A stretch of DNA of 64,000 bases from the human T2T-CHM13v2.0 reference genome, Homo sapiens. Position numbers and translations under genes: made by a program. The stretch lies in NCBI RefSeq assembly GCF_009914755.1, contig NC_060930.1, one strand, 5' to 3'. Below the pieces are notes generated by a model. The model saw only the letters and a list, made by a program, of their open reading frames with translations, ran no database searches and was not told the DNA's origin. Of this stretch, positions 27,582 to 37,042 are shown one piece after another (within the stretch, counting starts at the first letter, position 1; the number at the start of each line of letters is the position of its first letter).

Positions 27582-28137
27582 TGAGTCTCAGAGTAAAAAT
27601 ACATTTTTATATCATTGATTTTCATATGTGTACAGAACACACTCCTGTGCTTGTCTCTCACTTTCCCTTTTCTGTTGACTATGATCATGTCAGGAAGATG
27701 AGGTGCACAGCACCCAGGTGAGCCTGTAGTCACAACACAGCCCTCTCAGTAGCCAGATGGGAAAGGGGCCCAGGACCACACTGACAGCGATAGCCCAGCT
27801 GTACCTCAGCAGGCCTTTTATAACTGCCCCTGGGCCTTTCAGAGCTCCTACCGCCACCACTAATGCTGTCCCAGGTGGGCCAATGGGTAGCTCATACAGA
27901 TGTGATGAGCTGGTAGATGTTCAGAATATTCTTAAATTAAGATGCATTCCAGGTCTTATTACCAGGAAACAAAATAGAAGTTCCTAAGGAAATTTCATGG
28001 TCAAAACCAAAATGCACACAAATATGGTAAACAAATATGTTCTCACAGCAAGTAAGATAGATGATGTTTCATTCCTTTTCCAGAATTTAGCCCAGTGTGA
28101 GATTTAATTGTAGGGTACCTTCTTTTCTTTCTTCTAG

Positions 28138-28292
28138 ATCCAAGCATAAAAGCAGACATTAACAAATGGAGGATAAAATTGGATAATTATTCTACCCAGG
28201 AATTAGGGAAAACAATTGTCTATCTGGATGGCTCCTCTCAATCATGCCGCTTTAGAGAATGCAACATGGGCAACCTGATTTGTGATGCAATG
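28138..28292 (+). CDS. NT5E: NT5E exon 5, 155 nt; (D)PSIKADINKW...CRFRECNMGNLICDAM
   Basis: cttctag|AT and ATG|gtaagt; inter-domain hinge helix and start of the C-terminal domain. Confidence 0.98.
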
Positions 28293-28410
28293 GTAAGTCA
28301 TCAGCAGGAGTGGACATATGCTAGGGAGGAAGGAAAGGAAGAGGGAAGAGGAAGGAAGGATGCGAGAAGGGATAGATCGATAGCTACAGAATGAGGGATT
28401 TCAAAACATT

Positions 28411-28581
28411 TTTAGCCAGGGTGGTGGCATGTGCCTATAGTCCCAGCTACTCGGGAGGCTTAGGTGGGAAGATGGCTTGAGCCCAGGAGGCTGCAGTGAG
28501 CTATAATTGCACCAGTGCACTCCAGCCTGGGCAAAAGAGCGAGACTCTGTCTCTAAAATTAAATAAATATGAAAAATAAAT
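28411..28581 (+). mobile_element. Alu right-arm monomer (FRAM-like or 5'-truncated)
   Basis: ttagccagg..tagtcccagctactcgggaggc..gagactctgtctc; TSD aaaacatt. Confidence 0.85.
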
Positions 28582-29356
28582 AAAACATTAGTGCCTAAAC
28601 AAAAGCCTGATGTAGCTTCATACTCAGTACCTTCTTAAGGTGCTGGAAGGAGATCAGGTAACCACCAACATACTGCTTTACAAGAACTAAAACCTTTATT
28701 TTAAGGTGTTCTTAGATGTCTGAATTTTGGATGTTGCTTTCCTTTTGTAAGATGATGCAAATGCACAAACTCTGCTACCCTGGAGATATCAACATAATAG
28801 ATAAAAGCATATCTGTTTGGCCAGACTGTTTTTCACTCATCTGTTCACTTGACTCCAGAGAACCCTGGCCTTGTGTGACAGGAACCTCTTTCACAGGCAC
28901 AGAAAGACAACACACAGTTTTAATGGTAATAACAAGTCCTATGGCTGAGCAAGACCAGGTATGAAGAACAAGCCCGTCTACTTGTCACCAGGCGGAATGG
29001 CCATGGTAGCTCTCTGGGGGCCTTACTGAGCCAAGGTCTCCTATGTCGGACTACTACTTCCATGGGCTCACAGCCTGCACCCAGGGAAGTCATTTCTGTC
29101 AGTGCTTGGCATGCATTGCCCAGTGCCCAGGATACAACTGCACTCGATAAATGTTTGCCGTGTAAATGACAACAATCATGCTCATGCCAAGACCAGACTC
29201 ATGATGTCTCCTCAGCATCATGCAGTCAATGCCAGAGAAGTAGTTAAGGAGAAGCTGGTATATAAATGTTAAGAGAAGTCTGGAGGGAAACAACCCAGGC
29301 TGTTGGCAGTGCTTATCCACTCTGTTAAAGAGGCTAGGACAAAGGAGAGCTTTTGC

Positions 29357-29684
<328 letters not shown>

Positions 29685-30296
29685 TTTTTTTTTTTTTTTT
29701 TTCGGCTTTTTGTCTCCTAAATGAGAATATATTCATTTTATTTCTTATAACTAAACATATATTTTGTAAAATAAAAGTAAGAATGGATGTGATTCTCCCC
29801 AGCTTCAAAAGGCTGTCTCTGTCTTTCCAAAATTGCCAACTTGGGAATCAGCTGCAGACATAGACGTGGAGGCCAGGTTCTCTTTGGCATGAGGTCTGGT
29901 GTTGAGCAGGCTCTAGGGCCAAGCCCTCAGAATCAGGCAGAGGGCATGGCCTGCCCTGGAGAAGCCTGTGCAGGAGTGACTCTGCAGGCCACCTTGCATG
30001 GGAGGCCCAGTCCCGACACCAGGGCTACAACCGAGAGACCATTTTGCTAAGGCCACCTGGCCTGACAGTATGGGAGTTTTAGGAGGGGGAAATAAGAGTT
30101 TGACATGGACTGGTAACAGTATATTTTTACTTCTGGGAGCATAAAATTAGTTCTAATTATAGTTGAGAGATCCCTGGGAACACAGCAGCAGGTGAAAAGC
30201 AGCTTTATTTCCTCACTAGAGCTAACCAGATTCCTGGAGCTGATCCTAAGGAAGAAGAGCCAGAGTAACTAGTGTAAATCTGTGCTACTGTTGCAG

Positions 30297-30402
30297 ATTA
30301 ACAACAACCTGAGACACACGGATGAAATGTTCTGGAACCACGTATCCATGTGCATTTTAAATGGAGGTGGTATCCGGTCGCCCATTGATGAACGCAACAA
30401 TG
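30297..30402 (+). CDS. NT5E: NT5E exon 6, 106 nt; INNNLRHTDEMFWNHVSMCILNGGGIRSPIDERNN(G)
   Basis: ttgcag|ATT and AATG|gtatgc; NGGGIR 5'-nucleotidase motif. Read manually; this frame is absent from the ORF track. Confidence 0.97.
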
Positions 30403-31310
30403 GTATGCTCCCAGGCCCAGCTCCTCAGTGTGTCATGTTCTCTCTCTGATCTCCTTTTCTGTTATGGTTCTTGCCCTGAACACACCCATGTGCAGCCTCA
30501 GTTCATCTCTGCTGCCAGCCATGTACCAGAATGTCAGTCCTTTAAATTAGGGTTAGCCATTATTAAAGTCTAAAACCTAGCCTGAAGGACACACACAAGC
30601 TTGTGTGTTCTTATATGTATTCACACACAGAAGCTGCAGGTAAGGTTAGTGGAACTCAAACTTGGTCTGAATTTCTGACTTACAAAGCTATACTAGTTGT
30701 TTCTGATTTATGCAAAATAACAACAGTCACCACCTTGGCATCTGAAAAGAGACAAAATCACCAATCTTCTGTCCTGAAAAAGACATACCACTGGATTAAA
30801 ATGTTACCTTAGTATATTTACAGATATCCAAGATTATATCATATGGCAAAACAAATCAACTACACAAATACTCAAGACACTCTTGTAGCCCTCCCTGATT
30901 TACTGTGAAAACCAATCAGTATCAGTATAAGGCCCCAAACGCATCCCATTGTCAGACAACAGGGACAGGTTGCAGGGGCACATTGTTTGTCTGGAGGAAC
31001 GGAACAATGCAAAACAAACTACTGGAGATCCAGCCCCAAGCTAGCAGATCTAAGACTGAGCATGGTGAACTTCTGAGGCACAGCCATTTGTGAGCTCCCG
31101 CCATCTTGCCCAGTGGTGGAGTGCAGGGCCAGAGGCCTCCTAAACTCATTCCCTTCCTCAGTGTCAGGAACCACTTAGACATAGCTAATGATGCTCTATA
31201 AGCTTCCCATGTCCCCCTCATTTCTTCCCCCAGCGCTGAGGGAAACTGGTCATGGTGTAAGCATTTTCTCAAGCTATTTTCCTTCTTGCCTCATCTGTGA
31301 CTACCCTCAG

Positions 31311-31460
31311 GCACAATTACCTGGGAGAACCTGGCTGCTGTATTGCCCTTTGGAGGCACATTTGACCTAGTCCAGTTAAAAGGTTCCACCCTGAAGAAGG
31401 CCTTTGAGCATAGCGTGCACCGCTACGGCCAGTCCACTGGAGAGTTCCTGCAGGTGGGCG
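31311..31460 (+). CDS. NT5E: NT5E exon 7, 150 nt; (G)TITWENLAAVLPFGG...GEFLQVG(G)
   Basis: ccctcag|GC and GGCG|gtaagt; phase 1-1; LPFG substrate-stacking motif. Confidence 0.97.
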
Positions 31461-32779
31461 GTAAGTCACCCATCCTGTAGGGCTGGCCCATCCAAAGTGA
31501 CATGGCATTTCCTGCTGGTTGGCTCAGCTTCCCCTTCACCAAAATTCCTGTGGTCAAACTGGTTTGGATTTTTCCCGACCCAACACCAATACCTTACCCT
31601 TTAATGGCTGTGGACTCTCAGAGCCACTAAGATTAGGTTGGGGTCAAAGCCCCAAAGCCCCAAAGCCCTGGCAATAAGCAGTATTTGCCAAGTCTGATTT
31701 GGACATCAGATGGGCCCTCTAAGCAGGTCACCTGCTTTGAGGTCTAGTTTCTAATAAAATCTTATTTAAGCATTCAATTATTTTTTTTTTAAATCCTCTC
31801 CTCTGTTCTACTCATCGTTGCCTGGAACCATGCCAAGATTTAAAGGAATGCTGTCCAATCTGTATTAACCAGGATGATTCCTGGAAGGAGCAGCCTACTG
31901 CACAGACATACCTGAACACCTGGTTCTAGTCCCACTGTGACCTGGGGCAAGTTCTCAACCCCTCTGGGCACAGGGAGAAAACCTTTCCTGTTTATCTCAT
32001 GGACTGCAGTGAAAGTTGAATGGAAATAAATGCTTCCTAAATTGCCAAGGGCTTCTGAAACACTTTTGTTAATAATTCCACAGTCCAGTGAATTAATCCT
32101 TTAAAAGCAATCTTATTTTACCTGGAAATCATAATCTGGCCTCATTTTTTTAACCTTAGGTTGTGGTCCCGCTTGACAGATAGAATTGCTTTCCTGAGTT
32201 TTCCTCTGCAGAACACATTGCTGTTGAGACTGAAGGGCTACAGAAGGCAGTGGGGCCCTGTCCTAATGCCTATGGGGCAACCCAAACATCCTCCATTTTC
32301 CCAGAAGGGAGTTGAGGGAAAAGCAGTTTTCTGATGCTCTAGCAAAGCACTGCATAGCTCTATGCCTTGTGGAAGTCACCAAATCCCAAATGATTACCAT
32401 TTAATGGTCTTCAAAATTGTAAAATGCTCTCTGCCTCTGATCTGTTTCTCACTTTCTAAGGCCATTGAATCAATTTAGTAGACCAATTCAGCATTTTAAG
32501 GGAAAAACAGAAAAAGATGTGGTTTTGTCCATGTAGAGTCACCCTTTGCCTATTCTGGTCCAGAGCTGGTTTTCCTTCCAGTGGTTCTCATATGTCCTGT
32601 AAGGACTCAAGGATAAAGGGTGGCTGCAATGTCACAATTCTCTTGACAAAATTTCACTCAGGTTTAAACCAAAGGAAAAACCACAGCCCCATGCCCCAAT
32701 TGTAGAGTTTGGCCAAAATTCCTTAGGAAACAGAAATCTCCCTTTGGATCTGGTGAAAACAGATTCATTTCTTTTCTAG

Positions 32780-32980
32780 GAATCCATGTGGTGTATGATC
32801 TTTCCCGAAAACCTGGAGACAGAGTAGTCAAATTAGATGTTCTTTGCACCAAGTGTCGAGTGCCCAGTTATGACCCTCTCAAAATGGACGAGGTATATAA
32901 GGTGATCCTCCCAAACTTCCTGGCCAATGGTGGAGATGGGTTCCAGATGATAAAAGATGAATTATTAAGACATGACTCTG
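32780..32980 (+). CDS. NT5E: NT5E exon 8, 201 nt; (G)IHVVYDLSRKPG...NFLANGGDGF...RHDS(G)
   Basis: ttttctag|GA and TCTG|gtaagc; matches ORF 32788..33069; GGDG motif. Confidence 0.98.
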
Positions 32981-33928
32981 GTAAGCATGACTGTCTCTTC
33001 CTTTCTCTAAAGAACAACAAAATTGGGCCAAGAAGGGGAGCTACTAGTGGTGCCAGGAGGGCAAAGTGACTCCCTGTATTGCTGACTCCCTCCTGCTTTG
33101 CTTGTTGGAAAGCAGCAGCACAGCACAGCAGAGAGGAATATGTACCCTGTCAATCCCCGAGCACACACATGCCTTCATCCAACCCCAGAGACAAAACATT
33201 TGTAAATCAAAAATGTTTTAAAATTCTTTTAACTACATCTAAGCAGCTATTTAAATTGTGAAATATAAGTGAGTTTTGCATTAACAGAAATATCACACCT
33301 CTGGAATTTTAGGATATGGAAAACCATCACATTAAATCATTTAAATTTTCTTTCTTGAAGAAGTTTCTGTGTGAATCAGTCAGGTAGAAGTGGATGGGGT
33401 GAGCGCCGCCCTTTCAGCACAGTGGGTTGGTGGTACAAATCATAGGAATAACCATACTTGATGTCAGTTGGTACTTCTGGCAGCATTGAGGGACATTATA
33501 TGCCAGCCTCACTTTTAGAAATTCTGTTGAGAGTCACATTATGTGCATACAGACCACTGACATAGGACACACTTCCCCTTCCTCTTCCTAGGGCAGAGAC
33601 CAGCATGCTTACAAGACACACAAGCAGCTTCTTGGCATCTCTGGGTAGTTCCACCAGGATCTTCCTCAGTCTTATCATGCTGGACCTGTCATTTTAGCTA
33701 CTTATTCCAAGGAGCGTGGAGGGCAGGACCAGACCAAAGGAGGCAGCCCTTCCTGGGAGGAAAGGTGCTGGCTTCTTCTGTCCCTTCCGTGACAGAAGAT
33801 GGAAGGGCAGGCGTAAAAGCCCCATGAGACAAAGAGGCTGATAGCCATCAGCTGTCCACCACTCAAGCCTAGACTGAAGGATGTTAGAGAGAGGAGCTCA
33901 TGCAGAAGGCTAAGGAAGCCCTGGACCT

Positions 33929-34089
33929 AAGCGTTCTCAACACTGGTTATACATTAGAATCACTTCAGGAGCATTTTAAATTAAATACCAATGGCTCGGC
34001 CGCAGCTCTTAAGAGATTCTAAGTTAACTGGATTGGGGCTAAACTCTTTTTCAGTGATTCTAGTGTACACCCAGAGGTGAAAACCACTG
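33929..34089. mobile_element. MER5-type hAT-Charlie MITE
   Basis: gttctcaa...acattagaatcac...gtgattcta...gtgaaaaccactg terminal inverted arrangement. Confidence 0.7.
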
Positions 34090-34643
34090 AAGAGAGAAGG
34101 GTTCTTAAGTACTGGAGTGATATTTTTAAAATAAAATTCTGTTGGGTTCCCAACAGAACATGGGTTCCCAACAAACATGGGTTTGTTGTAGCTATAGGCA
34201 ATTAGCATTTATCCTCTCCTCTCTTTGGTAAAGGAAATCCCCCAAGTCCCATCATCAATTACATGAAAATAATTATTGGGCAGGCAAACAAAAGGAAGCC
34301 AGTTTTATCTCTCAACTAATTGCTCTTGACCCAGTTCCCTAATGCCCTTGTTCTGGAGTGGTTCAAAGGCTATGATGTCAATGACCTCTTTCTAGAGTCA
34401 TCACAGAGCTGAGGCAACTCTACTTCCCCCAATTACCCAATATTGAACAACAGACACATTTTACATCTGGAGCATGAAAAAGCAATCAAATTCTTTGTAC
34501 TTATGATCACTAGCGTTCTTGTCTTCTGTGACACTTTACCCCTGCTTATGAAATTGCTTCCCTTTTATAATTACAAAGGACTACCTTACTGTTGATTGAT
34601 AATTACCTTTTCTGTAGTTAAAATAATGTATATGTTTTTCTAG

Positions 34644-34807
34644 GTGACCAAGATATCAACGTGGTTTCTACATATATCTCCAAAATGAAAGTAATTTATC
34701 CAGCAGTTGAAGGTCGGATCAAGTTTTCCACAGGAAGTCACTGCCATGGAAGCTTTTCTTTAATATTTCTTTCACTTTGGGCAGTGATCTTTGTTTTATA
34801 CCAATAG
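34644..34807 (+). CDS. NT5E: NT5E exon 9 coding part; (G)DQDINVV...RIKFS-TGSHCHGSFSLIFLSLWAVIFVLYQ*
   Basis: tttttctag|GT; TAG stop at 34805-34807. Hydrophobic GPI signal follows the omega Ser (codon 34727-34729, S549). Exons 2-9 total 1386 nt, which with the known 339-nt exon 1 CDS gives 574 aa. Confidence 0.98.
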
Positions 34808-35149
34808 CCAAAAATTCTCCTTGCCTTTAATGTGTGAAACTGCATTTTTTCAAGTGAGATTCAAATCTGCCTTTTAGGACCTGGCTTTGTGACAGCAAAA
34901 ACCATCTTTACAGGCTCCTAGAAGCTGAAGGTTAGAGCATTATAAAATGAAGAGACAGACATGATTACTCAGGGTCAGCAACCTAGTGAGTTAGAAAAAA
35001 AATTAACATAGGGCCCTATAAGGAGAAAGCCAACTATGTTAAGTTTACGTGTCCAAATTTTAATGAAATTTTACTAACAATTTTAAACCATATTTTTCTT
35101 CTTCATATCCATTTCTAATCCATCAAACAGCTTATGTTTACATAAAATT

Positions 35150-35355
35150 TTATCATTCACAAGGAAGTTTTAAGCACACTGTCTCATTTGATATCCACAA
35201 CTTATTTTTGGTAGGAAAGAGAGATGTTTTTCCCACCTGTCAGATGAAAAAACTGAAGCTCAAAAAGGGTTGACTTGACCATACAGCTAATGCTGACAGA
35301 TCCAAGACCTAGACCTAGGTCTTTTGAACTCAAGTCCAGCATTCTCAACTATATC
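35150..35355 (-). mobile_element. MIR within NT5E 3' UTR
   Basis: cccacctgtcagatgaaaaaactgaagctcaaaaagggttgacttgacc...ctcaagtccagc. Confidence 0.7.
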
Positions 35356-36566
35356 AAGTTACTGTTCAGAATACTTAATATCTCCTCTCTTCATAATTAT
35401 CAATAGCCCCAAGCTCATGGATGACAAATCTCTGCTTTATTTCTTGTCTCTATTTTTTCACTTTATAGCTCCTGTTATAATAGCAAGTTTAATGGTATAA
35501 ACACAGGATACCATCCTCTCTTGCAACACCCATGTGCCTTTGATGAGTCAGGTAGCAAGCTGTAGTAGATAATGAGAAAGGCCAGAGGCTGCAAAAGACA
35601 GTCAAAGGACACGAGAGAAAGGAAGGGGAAGAACAGGACTCCAGGACTGTTTTATATTATAGAAAAGCAAGAGCTAAAGAGCATTTACACATGTTAAACA
35701 GATACTTGTTAAGCATAGTGCCTGACACACGGCATTAGCTGTTATTTTATGAGATTCCATCAGCTCTGCCTCTGTCCTCTTTCTTCTAACATGAAGGTAT
35801 CATGAGAAGAGAACCTTCTAACATAAGCTGTAATTCTAAACCTGCACTTGTCCCTCTCCAGCAAGAGGCTAGCACTGAATTCATTCTACTCATACTACAC
35901 ACCCAGTTATGGAATGTCCAGAGTTCTCGAAGAAAATAAATGACTTTAGGAAGAGGTATACATTTTTTAAGTCGCTCTGCCTCCAAATCTGAACAGTCAC
36001 TGTAAATCATTCTTAAGCCCAGATATGAGAACTTCTGCTGGAAAGTGGGACCCTCTGAGTGGGTGGTCAGAAAATACCCATGCTGATGAAATGACCTATG
36101 CCCAAAGAACAAATACTTAACGTGGGAGTGGAACCACATGAGCCTGCTCAGCTCTGCATAAGTAATTCAAGAAATGGGAGGCTTCACCTTAAAAACAGTG
36201 TGCAAATGGCAGCTAGAGGTTTTGATAGGAAGTATGTTTGTTTCTTAGTGTTTACAAATATTAAGTACTCTTGATACAAAATATACTTTTAAACTTCATA
36301 ACCTTTTTATAAAAGTTGTTGCAGCAAAATAATAGCCTCGGTTCTATGCATATATGGATTAGCTATAAAAAATGTCAATAAGATTGTACAAGGAAAATTA
36401 GAGAAAGTCACATTTAGGGTTTATTTTTTACACTTGGCCAGTAAAATAGGGTAAATCCTATTAGAATTTTTTAAAGAACTTTTTTTAAGTTTCCTAAATC
36501 TGTGTGTGTATTGTGAAGTGGTATAAGAAATGACTTTGAACCACTTTGCAATTGTAGATTCCCAAC

Positions 36567-36572
36567 AATAAA
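36567..36572 (+). terminator. NT5E: NT5E main polyadenylation signal
   Basis: AATAAA followed ~15-40 nt later by a T/GT-rich element (ctttggtctttgatagttatttcttct). Confidence 0.85.
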
Positions 36573-37042
36573 ATTGAAGATAAGCTCTTTGGTCTTTGAT
36601 AGTTATTTCTTCTCTCATTCAAACACCTGCCAACTAAAGACAATATGACTGAAGGAAAACTCTGACAGATTTTCACTGGTATCATTTCTCTTGATCATAA
36701 GCCACTTACCATCTGATAACCCTCCATAGCCCCTCACACCCCTAAAATGAGAAGAAAAATGCATCCAATTTTTAAGTAGGAGAGAAAAGTGAGTGGTATT
36801 TTAAGGAAGACTACTAAATTTGGTGGCTTTGATATACAGAATCTGATATAAAAATGGTTTTGAGGCCAGTACTGATTCCTACAAATAAACACTTCCAAGT
36901 TAATGTTGAGGATTTTAATTTGCCTGTACTGGCTGTGTGCCTAAGATCTTCCTCAAGTACACTAATAACACAATGAGTTGGTTTCGTTATACCTCAATCA
37001 GTCAGACACGTTAAACCACGTTAGCTGTCTTTGTTTGGGCTA

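Larger units (their letters stand above)
34808..36590 (+). other. NT5E: NT5E 3' UTR (~1.8 kb)
   Basis: Runs from the stop codon to just past AATAAA at 36567-36572; cleavage position is estimated. Confidence 0.85.
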
